IMG/VR virus record: IMGVR_UViG_3300042446_002028
Location: 8,785-72,784 of that record
Length of the DNA: 64,000 nucleotides
Origin: a virus
Strand: one strand, 5' to 3'
The first letter of the stretch is position 1, and each line of letters opens with the position of its first letter. The position numbers and the translations under genes are program-made. Shown piece by piece: positions 19,025 to 26,746 of the stretch. The notes beneath the pieces are model-generated. The model ran no database searches, was not told the DNA's origin, and saw only the letters and a program-made list of their open reading frames with translations.

Positions 19025-19219
19025 TTATTTTGTTGGTTTCTTTGTTGCAGATTTCTTTGTAGTTGCTTTTTTAACTTTAGATTTAACTTCAGCAACAACT
19101 TCTTTTACTGCTTCAACTTCTTGTTTCACTTCAACTTCTAATTGTTTCATTTGTACTGCTTTTTGAGCAGCATTACCACCGCTTAAAAGTTGTTTAATAA
19201 GATCAAAAATTTTTTTCAT
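19025..19219 (-). CDS. Small basic protein with a histone-H1-like lysine-rich tail
   Basis: A 64 aa ORF with the C-terminal sequence KKATTKKSATKKPTK. Confidence 0.4.
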   Translation of the reverse strand: MKKIFDLIKQLLSGGNAAQKAVQMKQLEVEVKQEVEAVKEVVAEVKSKVKKATTKKSATKKPTK

Positions 19220-19259
19220 GATAGTCGTTTTTATATAAATATTTGCATTTTTATGAAAA

Positions 19260-19964
19260 TCAGGGAATTGCTACTAGTGGTAGATTCACCCCAAATTTAG
19301 TTTCAAATAATTCTTTATTTTGTTTCCATTGTTCATTTACCATTCCAATTGATTTATGAACAACTGTTATTTTAGTTGTAACACCTATTTTAACACCGGC
19401 CAAATAGTTTGACACACAGAATGGGATGTCGTAAAAGTGAAACCCTGGAAAATCCTCATCAAACCCGTTCGCGATTCGCGATTTGCGAACTGCGAAAAAC
19501 AAACCATCAACAATCACCACTTTTTTCAAATCTTCACCTAATAATCCAGAATAACTGTTCCTATGTATTTTACCTAAATGCTCATGTTTTACTTGACCGA
19601 ACATAGATGCTCTGTCTTGCCACCACATACCACTAATTAGGTTATTAGTACCTGCAATTCCAATGATTCCAAATTCAGGGTTATTATCAAATAACCTAGT
19701 TATTTTTTTTGTAACATTAACCGTTTCAATTGTTAAATCATCATGCATAAAAACAACATCATCATATTGAGAATCTCTTAAACCAACGTTATAAAGTTGA
19801 GGTAAAGAATATTCACCTTCATTTTCATAAACCAAGATTTCTGTTTTTGGATGTGAAAACATCTTACTAACATGTTTAAGATATTCATCATCAATTTTTC
19901 TTGTTGATATAACAACACTTACTGGGTAATTATTCTTCGACATAAGTTGCAACAATTTGACCAT
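19260..19964 (-). CDS. Glycosyltransferase, GT-A fold (family 2-like)
   Basis: N-terminal PVSVVISTRK (Rossmann-like) and FMHDDL (DxD-type). 234 aa. Confidence 0.55.
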   Translation of the reverse strand: MVKLLQLMSKNNYPVSVVISTRKIDDEYLKHVSKMFSHPKTEILVYENEGEYSLPQLYNVGLRDSQYDDVVFMHDDLTIETVNVTKKITRLFDNNPEFGIIGIAGTNNLISGMWWQDRASMFGQVKHEHLGKIHRNSYSGLLGEDLKKVVIVDGLFFAVRKSRIANGFDEDFPGFHFYDIPFCVSNYLAGVKIGVTTKITVVHKSIGMVNEQWKQNKELFETKFGVNLPLVAIP

Positions 19965-20682
19965 CGTATTCGTTTAAATCTACAATGATTGGTTTATTTG
20001 ATGGGTTATATTGTTCGGTACATGTGGATGCATTTACATAAAGAGTTTCTTTATTATACATAGCACCGTATGCTCCGTGAATATGTCCAAATACGTGTAA
20101 TGATGGTTTAATTCTATCATCTAATTGATGTCTTAATAATTCACAGCCCACATTCATATCTCCTTGTCTCCAATTACTCACAAAATCTCTAATTTCATGT
20201 GGCGGTCCATGTGTTATTAAAACGTCAGTATCGTCAGGAATCATATCCCATTTGCTTTTCATTTCCTCACCCATTCTTGGTAGGTTAAAAGCCCAATCAT
20301 AAAAGTTAGGTTGCCAAGGAGATCCATAAATTTTAATTGGACGAGAAAACTCTGGACGTTCAATTATCATAAAATTATCCTCTAAATAATATACATCAGA
20401 TTGTGCTAGATTTTCAGGGCCCATTAGATTGTTTAACCAATTGTAGTCACCTTTATGGTGTGGTTGATTAACTCTCTCAAAACAAAAGTCATGATTACCG
20501 GCGATGAATATTTTAGCATCAAATCCTTGTATGTTTTGAAACCAATATATAAAATTTGTAACATCAACCTCACCACCTTTATTGGAAATATCGCCAGAAT
20601 GGATTAATACATCACCTTTAGGTAACTCATGTTCCATTAGTTTATGTAAACTATGTGTGTCAGATATACAAACTATTCTCAT
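19930..20682 (-). CDS. Calcineurin-like metallophosphoesterase
   Basis: Contains ISDTHS, HSGDISNKG, AGNHDF and GHIH, which form the canonical DxH/GDxxD/GNH(D/E) phosphoesterase signature. Confidence 0.8.
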   Translation of the reverse strand: MRIVCISDTHSLHKLMEHELPKGDVLIHSGDISNKGGEVDVTNFIYWFQNIQGFDAKIFIAGNHDFCFERVNQPHHKGDYNWLNNLMGPENLAQSDVYYLEDNFMIIERPEFSRPIKIYGSPWQPNFYDWAFNLPRMGEEMKSKWDMIPDDTDVLITHGPPHEIRDFVSNWRQGDMNVGCELLRHQLDDRIKPSLHVFGHIHGAYGAMYNKETLYVNASTCTEQYNPSNKPIIVDLNEYDGQIVATYVEE

Positions 20683-20713
20683 TCAACTAATATAAATAAA
20701 TTTATTATAAAAA

Positions 20714-20742
20714 CAAAAAAAAAGTCAGAATTTCTTCTGACT
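20714..20742 (-). terminator. Rho-independent terminator (reverse strand)
   Basis: Hairpin AGTCAGAA-tttc-TTCTGACT. The A9 run on the forward strand is a T-run downstream on the reverse strand. Confidence 0.55.
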
Positions 20743-20744
20743 AA

Positions 20745-21690
20745 GGGGCTCGTTGGTTTTTCAATAAAATTTTTCCGAGATTCCACCACCATGATTTTTT
20801 AAAACCAGGAAACAATGTTTTTAAAAAGGGCTGAGATTACACCATTTAGCGATTGACTTTAGAGACATTATCTTTTCTTCTCTTATCCACTACCTTTTGA
20901 GTAGTACCAATCAGTGACGGTCAATTAGATTAACCAATTCTTTAGTCGTCGAATACTCTTTTAATACTCATTACTCTTCGAGGTTGCCACCCCAACGCAT
21001 CCTTGCGGGATTAGAGAACTTTCTTAAAAATCATGTTGGGCTTGGGACCCTTCATGGCCGAGAACCCCTCTCGACTGTGTAGTCACCTGTCTCCAACGAC
21101 TGATGGGCACTTTTCCTTGTTTTTTAAGTTGTTAAACCTGAATTAACAATTGAGTTGGTTCCGAATTTGGAAAGTAGCGGCCCATCTGCCAGCCAAGTCA
21201 TCTTTTGAACGACCCGATACTAAACTACTCTCTGTAACATCCCTGCTACCATATTTTTGGACCCCTTCAAAACTAAACCCTTGGTAGAGTTTAATTAAGG
21301 ATGATAACGACACCACTCGTACTTCACCATACCTTTCGGTTTTAAGATTCCCATCATATTGAATCACACAATTGTAAGATTGGAAATCCTACTTCTTGTA
21401 ATAACTCTACAGATTATTCTTATTGGTGTTCCCACCTCAACCAAACAACTCGGATTGCTTGATCATCGAACCACTTTCCCTACAGTGTTACCCTCAGTAA
21501 TTAAGGTTCAATGATATTCTGTTTGCCTACTCAAGTTCCATTGCTGAAACCGCAATCTGATTTAACCAAACCAGACCACTTTATCCCACTTTCATGGTTT
21601 ATTTTGTTGACCATAGGCGGCCAATATTTTTAAATCAAAGAACTAATTTATTTCTTTTGCAAAGATAAGTAATGTTTGTCAAAAAATCAA
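20745..21690 (-). ncRNA. Candidate large structured non-coding RNA (about 0.95 kb, ORF-poor, GC-elevated)
   Basis: No ORF longer than 74 aa in any frame. GC content is visibly higher than in flanking DNA (for example cttcatggccgagaacccctctcgactgtgtagtcacctgtctcc). The region is bounded downstream by a reverse-strand terminator and lies about 1.5 kb from the tRNA arrays. Strand is assigned only from the terminator orientation. Confidence 0.3.
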
Positions 21691-21698
21691 GTGTTTTT

Positions 21699-22478
21699 TC
21701 AAACTAAACTTAAATTTATTTTTTCTGGCGGTTTAACAACATCAATATTTGGGTTTTTAATGTCATATCCGTAGAAAAGATATTCTTTTTTAAATATATC
21801 ATTTAATGTCAAAAGATTGGTTTCAGATAATTCTTCACGTTTATTAATGTGATGAAACCCATCTAATAATCGTTTACTATAGTTGTATGAAAAATTAAAT
21901 GCTATCTTTTCTTCATCAGTTAAATCGTAGAACTCGTCAAAGATATGTAACATTTCGTTACAATACAAATTTATTAATCCCTCGCTATTTTCAACGTGCT
22001 TTGATGTTGAACCTAATTCATCTTTTTTTGCCAACAAGTCAATATCCTCAACGTGAATTATTTTGTAATGGTAAAACAATTCATCAAAACTTTTTCTAAA
22101 ATTTAACTCCTGGAAACCTTCAAAATTAATTTCTTCAGTGTTTAGGCCTAATATACCATGCGTTTGTGGTAAGAAATGTGCGTCAGGTAATTTGTCACAA
22201 ATTTCAACATAATTTGTTACATAGTCACTAATTGTCCTTACATTAAAGGTTTTAAAATATTCCAGATATCTTTTATCTAAATTTTTTTTCAACCAAGTAT
22301 ACCCTGAAACAAATCTTTCAATAGGATTGCGCGTTAATATGAAAAATTTTCTTCTTTTATATTTTGTGGTAAATTTAAGTAAATCATTATAATTGATAAA
22401 CTCATATTCCATTTTAATAATATCAAAGAAATATTTTAAAGTGGTAAGCATTAATCGCGAACCACTTCTATGTGTCAT
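21699..22478 (-). CDS. Putative sulfotransferase
   Basis: Contains IMTHRSGS (5'-PSB-like P-loop) and RNPIERFVSGY (3'-PB-like RDP..S.Y motif). ATG at 22476-22478 is the preferred start. The listed start at 22520 is GTG. Confidence 0.5.
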   Translation of the reverse strand: MTHRSGSRLMLTTLKYFFDIIKMEYEFINYNDLLKFTTKYKRRKFFILTRNPIERFVSGYTWLKKNLDKRYLEYFKTFNVRTISDYVTNYVEICDKLPDAHFLPQTHGILGLNTEEINFEGFQELNFRKSFDELFYHYKIIHVEDIDLLAKKDELGSTSKHVENSEGLINLYCNEMLHIFDEFYDLTDEEKIAFNFSYNYSKRLLDGFHHINKREELSETNLLTLNDIFKKEYLFYGYDIKNPNIDVVKPPEKINLSLV

Positions 22479-22524
22479 AATAAACCCAACATTTCTTTTT
22501 GGGAGATATATTCCTAACACAATA

Positions 22525-22746
22525 TTACTTTTTACGTTTTTTCACTTCATAGCTTCCGCCCATGTCGTGACTAACATTAGTGACTTCCGCTTTAGGTTGT
22601 CCATTTTTCCATGATTTATATTCCGTTTTTGGAATATACGCCCATAATCCAGTTTTAACTTTAGATTCGGCATCAACATCGTTTATTCTTGTCATATTAC
22701 CAACCTCAGTGTTTTTGGTTGATTTGATTGCTTTAATACATTTCAT
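22525..22746 (-). CDS. Small hypothetical protein
   Basis: A 73 aa basic ORF. Confidence 0.35.
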   Translation of the reverse strand: MKCIKAIKSTKNTEVGNMTRINDVDAESKVKTGLWAYIPKTEYKSWKNGQPKAEVTNVSHDMGGSYEVKKRKK

Positions 22747-22803
22747 AGTTTACCTCCATGTTTAATTATTATCTAATATAATGAAAAATATCCGAAAAAA
22801 AAA

Positions 22804-23265
22804 CTATAACCTAACTAAATGGTTTGCGGCATAAGTCATTAATGCCCCAACGTGTTTATACCTTACCTTGTAACCCATACCTTCAACCATACCAACAGCT
22901 TGTCTAAGAACTGTGTTTGATTTGTATTTTGGGTCTGGATTAAGATCTATATCAATCCAGGTTGGTTTAGGTAAACCATTTTCTTTTAAAAATTCAGCCA
23001 TCTCTAAAGATTTCCAAACTTCACCTAGTAAACGCGAAGGTGTGTTATGTTCCATAGGTAATGTTTCACGAGTACATAACACGTGAGCACCTTTACCTTT
23101 AGTATATAACGCAACAACAACACCAAAGATTGTTTTTTTATTTCCGTAACATTGTGAGTCAGAACCGATAAGAATTTCCACATTCTCTCTTGTTGAGATG
23201 TACTCTCTGATGTATTCAATAGCATCTGGAATTGGAGTTCCATAGAGAGTTCTAAATTTTTTCAT
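22804..23265 (-). CDS. YkuK/DUF458-like RNase H-fold protein
   Basis: ILIGSDSQCYGNKKTIFGVVVALYTKGKGA matches the IGTDSQ...G.GA core of the YkuK family. Confidence 0.5.
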   Translation of the reverse strand: MKKFRTLYGTPIPDAIEYIREYISTRENVEILIGSDSQCYGNKKTIFGVVVALYTKGKGAHVLCTRETLPMEHNTPSRLLGEVWKSLEMAEFLKENGLPKPTWIDIDLNPDPKYKSNTVLRQAVGMVEGMGYKVRYKHVGALMTYAANHLVRL

Positions 23266-23295
23266 TTCATTTCATTTATTATAATTATTGTTTAG

Positions 23296-23468
23296 CTGTC
23301 AGGGATGGATTCGAACCACCACGGTGAGATTCAGTAATTAACATCTGCCGGCCGGCTTGGTGGTCTACCCCATATTAATTACCTATTTCTTTGTCACCAC
23401 GCTCGAGACAGGAGCGCTTGTCTGCCTAGATTGATACGCGTACCAATCAAATTTCAACACCTGACAAT
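23296..23468 (-). tRNA. Atypical long tRNA-like element (about 173 nt): canonical T-arm and 3' acceptor strand, with the 5' acceptor complement about 165 nt upstream
   Basis: The reverse-strand 3' end is GGUGGUUCGAAUCCAUC-CCUGACA-G. The only UGUCAGG partner is at 23462-23468. The interior contains hairpins (AGACA...UGUCU, GCUCGAGC). This could be an intron-containing or interrupted tRNA, or a tRNA-derived RNA. Confidence 0.25.
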
Positions 23469-23472
23469 TTAT

Positions 23473-24072
23473 TTAGATGTCTTCTTCTCTAAATATTTTT
23501 TCTAATCTAGGCGATAACGTTTTATAATTCATATTGAATTTTGTCGACATCGCAGATTTAACATTTTTATTTTTATATGGGCTATTATTGGGTCTTGACC
23601 ATTTTCTGGTTTTTCTAAGCCAATTATAAAACATCACATACGCGTTCGCTTTTCTCACGTAATTTTCAAGATCCACTTTTAAATTAAATTTCTTAATGAC
23701 TTTTACGGACCTTTTTTCGTTATCCAATTCTAAATCACGCGCTACCGCTATGTGTGTATCAATGTTTCTAACGTTTTTACCATCTAACCATTCCCATACC
23801 TTACCTAATGAGTTTTCCGCGTCTAACCATATTGGTATTTTTTCAACCCATTGAGTTAAATGCGAATATTCGTGCGCTAAAATTTCAACCCAATCTGGTC
23901 GATTCATTGCAACAACTAATACTTTTCCAGTTTCATCAAAATAACCAGAACATTTAACGTTGTCGTCCATTTTAACTGTTTTTGTTTTCTTTAATAGACA
24001 TTTAATTCCATAGATTTTACATGATGTCTTTACATGATTAAGAAAAATCATCTCATTTTTTGTGTGTTTCAT
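23473..24072 (-). CDS. Hypothetical protein with an HExxH motif
   Basis: A 199 aa ORF containing ILAHEYSHLTQW. It sits between tRNA elements. Confidence 0.45.
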   Translation of the reverse strand: MKHTKNEMIFLNHVKTSCKIYGIKCLLKKTKTVKMDDNVKCSGYFDETGKVLVVAMNRPDWVEILAHEYSHLTQWVEKIPIWLDAENSLGKVWEWLDGKNVRNIDTHIAVARDLELDNEKRSVKVIKKFNLKVDLENYVRKANAYVMFYNWLRKTRKWSRPNNSPYKNKNVKSAMSTKFNMNYKTLSPRLEKIFREEDI

Positions 24073-24087
24073 AGGGTACTTTTACTG

Positions 24088-24173
24088 CGGAGAGTAAGGG
24101 ACTCGAACCCTTGCGCCGCAAACGACCTAACAGTTTAGCAAACTGCCCCCTTCACCAACTTGGGTAACTCTCC
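24088..24173 (-). tRNA. tRNA-Ser(GCU), class II
   Basis: Acceptor stem GGAGAGU/ACUCUCC. The anticodon arm GCAGU-UUGCUAA-ACUGU reads GCU, with a long variable arm, in the cloverleaf folded by hand. T-arm AGGGUUCGAGUCCCU. Confidence 0.8.
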
Positions 24174-24177
24174 ATTG

Positions 24178-24248
24178 TTGTCCCTCTAGGATTCGAACCT
24201 AAACAAACTGCACCAAAAACAGTTGTGCTACCGTTACACCAAAGGACA
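24178..24248 (-). tRNA. tRNA-Gln(UUG)
   Basis: Acceptor stem UGUCCUU/AGGGACA. Anticodon loop UUUUGGU reads UUG in the cloverleaf folded by hand. T-loop UUCGAAU. Confidence 0.8.
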
Positions 24249-24311
24249 ATTTAATCATCATTGAGAATGTAGATTTTCACTAACTCGATTTAGCGGTCTC
24301 TTTGATGATTG

Positions 24312-24384
24312 AGCGAGTAGTCAGAATCGAACTGACATATCCTACTTGGAAGGAAGGCATAATAAGCCATTATACTATACTCGC
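24312..24384 (-). tRNA. tRNA-Gly(UCC) (tentative; D-stem register unusual)
   Basis: Acceptor stem GCGAGUA/UACUCGC. Anticodon loop CUUCCAA reads UCC in the cloverleaf folded by hand. T-arm GUCAGUUCGAUUCUGAC. There is a U-U mismatch in the anticodon stem. Confidence 0.6.
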
Positions 24385-24438
24385 TTTGATGGATGAAAAA
24401 CATCTATTCTTCTTGCGGACTTCCATCGGAGTCCCATG

Positions 24439-24510
24439 AGCTCCCACTCGGAATCGAACCAAGTTATCATGATTACAAGTCATGCGCATCGCCTGCAATG
24501 CTTTAGGAGC
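24439..24510 (-). tRNA. tRNA-Thr(UGU)
   Basis: Acceptor stem GCUCCUA/UGGGAGC. D-arm GCAU..AUGC. Anticodon loop CUUGUAA reads UGU in the cloverleaf folded by hand. Confidence 0.8.
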
Positions 24511-24516
24511 TTATTG

Positions 24517-24589
24517 TAGAAGATACCGGAATCGAACCAGTGACATCTTGCATGTAAAACAAGCGCTCTCCCAACTGAGCTAATCTTCT
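24517..24589 (-). tRNA. tRNA-Val(UAC)
   Basis: Acceptor stem AGAAGAU/AUCUUCU. D-arm GCUCAGUUGGGAGAGC. Anticodon loop UUUACAU reads UAC in the cloverleaf folded by hand. Confidence 0.8.
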
Positions 24590-24594
24590 ATGTG

Positions 24595-24668
24595 TGGACC
24601 AAACAGGATTCGAACCTGTGACCTTGTCGTTATGAGCGACCTGCTCTAACCATCTGAGCTATAAGTCC
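24595..24668 (-). tRNA. tRNA-Met(CAU), elongator-like (could be Ile2/lysidine)
   Basis: Acceptor stem GGACUUA/UUGGUCC (G1-C72). Anticodon loop CUCAUAA reads CAU in the cloverleaf folded by hand. The T-arm region GGUCACAGGUUCGAAUCC resembles elongator Met. Confidence 0.7.
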
Positions 24669-24721
24669 ATATCGTTTAATCTAACGATAAAATCTGTTAT
24701 CGTCTATATTGACGATTAATA

Positions 24722-24837
24722 GGTGCCGGAGAAAGGATTGATTACCTCCACGAGGTCCTTTCGGAGTACTCATCTTCTAGAATGCGACACGTCTCAACGT
24801 TACTCGTCAGCATCGTTGTTTATTCCGCCACTCCGGC
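24722..24837 (-). tRNA. Atypical 116-nt tRNA-like element (perfect 7-bp acceptor GCCGGAG/CUCCGGC, discriminator A, encoded CC; degenerate T-arm)
   Basis: The reverse strand reads GCCGGAGUGGCGG...GGAGGUAAUCAAUCCUUU-CUCCGGC-A-CC. There are no canonical D or anticodon arms. It lies inside tRNA array 1. Confidence 0.25.
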
Positions 24838-24961
24838 ATGTATCTTCTTTTACATCTTCCTCTTTTTTTGAATTAAATTCATCTAATGATTGGATGTAAG
24901 TTTTTCCGTCTTTAGTTGGAAAAGTTTCTTGTAAATATTGTTCTCTATTCATATTTTTATG

Positions 24962-25042
24962 TTGGGATAGACGGACTCGAACCGCCGAACTCAAAGAGAG
25001 CTGATTTACAGTCAGCCGCAATTGCCACTATGCGATATCCCA
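24962..25042 (-). tRNA. tRNA-Tyr(GUA), class II
   Basis: Acceptor stem UGGGAUA/UAUCCCA. Anticodon arm GCUGA-CUGUAAA-UCAGC reads GUA, with a long variable arm, in the cloverleaf folded by hand. T-arm GGCGGUUCGAGUCCGUC. Confidence 0.8.
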
Positions 25043-25047
25043 ATATG

Positions 25048-25129
25048 TGACCAAGGAGAGATTCGAACTCTCACGTCTTTCGACACTAGTGCCTAAAACT
25101 AGCGTGGCTCCCATTACACCACTCGGCCA
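25048..25129 (-). tRNA. tRNA-Leu(UAG), class II
   Basis: Acceptor stem GGCCGAG/CUUGGUC. Anticodon arm CUAGU-UUUAGGC-ACUAG reads UAG, with a long variable arm, in the cloverleaf folded by hand. Confidence 0.75.
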
Positions 25130-25135
25130 TTATTG

Positions 25136-25208
25136 CGCTCCCTGAGGGTCACGATCCCCCGACTCCATCATTAACAGTGATGTGCTCTACCAACTGAGCT
25201 AAGAAAGC
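25136..25208 (-). tRNA. tRNA-Asn(GUU)
   Basis: Acceptor stem GCUUUCU/AGGGAGC. Anticodon loop CUGUUAA reads GUU in the cloverleaf folded by hand. The T-loop is the non-canonical AUCGUGA. Confidence 0.75.
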
Positions 25209-25213
25209 GATTG

Positions 25214-25288
25214 TAGGGTAAAGAGGACTCGAACCTCCATGATGCCTTGCTCCCAAAGCAAGTGACTTAGCCATTAGTCCATTACCCT
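25214..25288 (-). tRNA. tRNA-Pro(UGG)
   Basis: Acceptor stem AGGGUAA/UUACCCU. Anticodon loop UUUGGGA reads UGG in the cloverleaf folded by hand. Confidence 0.75.
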
Positions 25289-25296
25289 ATTTATTG

Positions 25297-25370
25297 TGAT
25301 CCCATCAGGGATCGAACCTGAAACCCCAATCTTAGAAGGATTGTGCTCTATCCAATTGAGCTATGGAACC
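25297..25370 (-). tRNA. tRNA-Arg(UCU)
   Basis: Acceptor stem GGUUCCA/UGGGAUC. Anticodon loop CUUCUAA reads UCU in the cloverleaf folded by hand. D-arm GCUCAAUUGGAUAGAGC. Confidence 0.8.
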
Positions 25371-25486
25371 AATTTAATGTAATGTCTGTACGGTTTGTAT
25401 CTAATCAGCACCTTTGTACGCGCTTCAAAAGTTTCCATTTCATACATAGCGTCTGTTCCGTCACCTATTACTAGGTCATTACATTG

Positions 25487-25571
25487 TACTCGAGGCCGGA
25501 CTCGAACCGGCACGGACGTTTCTGTCCAAGGGATTTTAAGTCCCTCGTGGCTACCATTACACCACTCGAGC
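25487..25571 (-). tRNA. tRNA-Leu(UAA), class II
   Basis: Acceptor stem GCUCGAG/CUCGAGU (G1-U72). Anticodon arm AGGGA-CUUAAAA-UCCCU reads UAA, with a long variable arm, in the cloverleaf folded by hand. Confidence 0.75.
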
Positions 25572-25630
25572 ATTTCTTTCTCAATATGTCAAAGAACTCC
25601 TTTTCAAATATAAAGATAATAAATTGTAAA

Positions 25631-25662
25631 ACAAAAAACCCGAACATTTTTAGTTGTTCGGG
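25631..25662 (-). terminator. Rho-independent terminator (reverse strand) downstream of the secreted-protein gene and upstream of tRNA array 1
   Basis: Hairpin CCCGAACA...TGTTCGGG. The A6 run on the forward strand is a T-run downstream on the reverse strand. Confidence 0.5.
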
Positions 25663-25847
25663 TCTCGATATTAGTTTAAAAAATTTATTTATCCTTTATT
25701 GATATCCGAACATATGTAACATAACGGTTGCACACCATACCCATTACCATTATTAAGGGGTCTCGTACTCGTTGATATGTTATTTATATTCTTCATCGTT
25801 TTAATAAGTATATGCAAATATATTAAAATTATCAATAGTTAATAAAA

Positions 25848-26297
25848 TTATTTCACTTTATATGATAATCCAAGCCCTAATGTGAAATCATCACCAATTA
25901 TATTTCCAATTGTCCATAGATTTATAACACTACTTGGTCTAAGTGGATTGTACATTATAAGAAAATTAGGTTTATTTCCATTAAGTGTTGGTTGTAATCC
26001 AAACCCAACAATCGCTTTGTCCTCTTTTACTTGTCTAAGAACGCCAAACTTCATGTTATCGGATACGTTTCCTGTTTTGGTGTTGACACCAGGTGGAATT
26101 ACAATTCCACCGTTTTGACCACCCAATTCGCCATATGGAAGACCAGCATAGAATCCCCAACCTTTCTTCATAAAAGCACCTGTTATATAACCATCTGATG
26201 GACCACCTTTTCGAGTGGCGGTTATAAACCACTCTTGTCCATTTGCCACGACTTCCACTCCCAAAAGTAACGTTAGCATTAAAATAATTTTTTTCAT
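25848..26297 (-). CDS. Secreted hypothetical protein (signal peptide)
   Basis: N-terminus MKKIILMLTLLLGVEVVANGQ. 149 aa, Gly-rich. Confidence 0.5.
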   Translation of the reverse strand: MKKIILMLTLLLGVEVVANGQEWFITATRKGGPSDGYITGAFMKKGWGFYAGLPYGELGGQNGGIVIPPGVNTKTGNVSDNMKFGVLRQVKEDKAIVGFGLQPTLNGNKPNFLIMYNPLRPSSVINLWTIGNIIGDDFTLGLGLSYKVK

Positions 26298-26596
26298 TTT
26301 TTTGATTTGGTTAAGGAATCTTCCTTAGCCCACTTATCTTTTAAAATAACAACCTTCTCAATCTTTACAATTTTACCATTCAATTTGGTAATCTCGTCCG
26401 TGATTTCTTTGGTTTTGACGGCCCTGCTAGCGTAATTATCATCTGTTGCTTCAACCCATTCAATTTTTCTTTCAAGAGCTTTAATCTCTTTTTTAATTTG
26501 ATTGTAGGTCTTTCTTTCGTCGGAAAAACTTGGGTCGATAGAGGATGTTAATGTGTTAAAAAATAACATTAACGATAATGTGATTTTATCTATCAT
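26294..26596 (-). CDS. Membrane-anchored coiled-coil protein
   Basis: A 100 aa ORF with an N-terminal hydrophobic segment. An ATATTTATA box lies immediately upstream of the start. Confidence 0.45.
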   Translation of the reverse strand: MIDKITLSLMLFFNTLTSSIDPSFSDERKTYNQIKKEIKALERKIEWVEATDDNYASRAVKTKEITDEITKLNGKIVKIEKVVILKDKWAKEDSLTKSKK

Positions 26597-26674
26597 ATAT
26601 TATAAATATTAATAATATGGTAAAAATACAAAATAAAATATTGGGAATCAATAGTTTAATATATAAAAAGATTG

Positions 26675-26746
26675 TACTCAGTACGGGATTCGAACCCGTA
26701 TTACCTCCGTGAAAGGGAGGTGACCTAACCCTTAGTCGAACTGAGC
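26675..26746 (-). tRNA. tRNA-Glu(UUC)
   Basis: Acceptor stem GCUCAGU/ACUGAGU. Anticodon arm CCUCC-CUUUCAC-GGAGG reads UUC in the cloverleaf folded by hand. Confidence 0.8.

Noticed and set aside
21143-21367. 74-aa reverse-strand ORF inside the ORF-free GC-rich region
   Set aside because: It is isolated, has no start context or motif, and the region is better explained as structured RNA. I keep it as a caveat for the ncRNA hypothesis.
20745-21690. RNase P RNA as the identity of the large ORF-free region
   Set aside because: Neither strand contains the universally conserved P4 and CR motifs. AAGUCCGG and GGUGAAA (or their complements) were not found.
24800-25021. 73-aa reverse-strand ORF overlapping tRNA-Tyr and the 116-nt tRNA-like element
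   Set aside because: It starts on a non-ATG codon (TTG) and lies entirely over structured RNA genes. It has no motif.
25361-25702. Three overlapping 70-72 aa ORFs (25361-25573 -, 25395-25613 +, 25484-25702 +)
   Set aside because: They overlap tRNA-Arg and tRNA-Leu and the terminator, and they conflict with each other. These are AT-rich frame artifacts.
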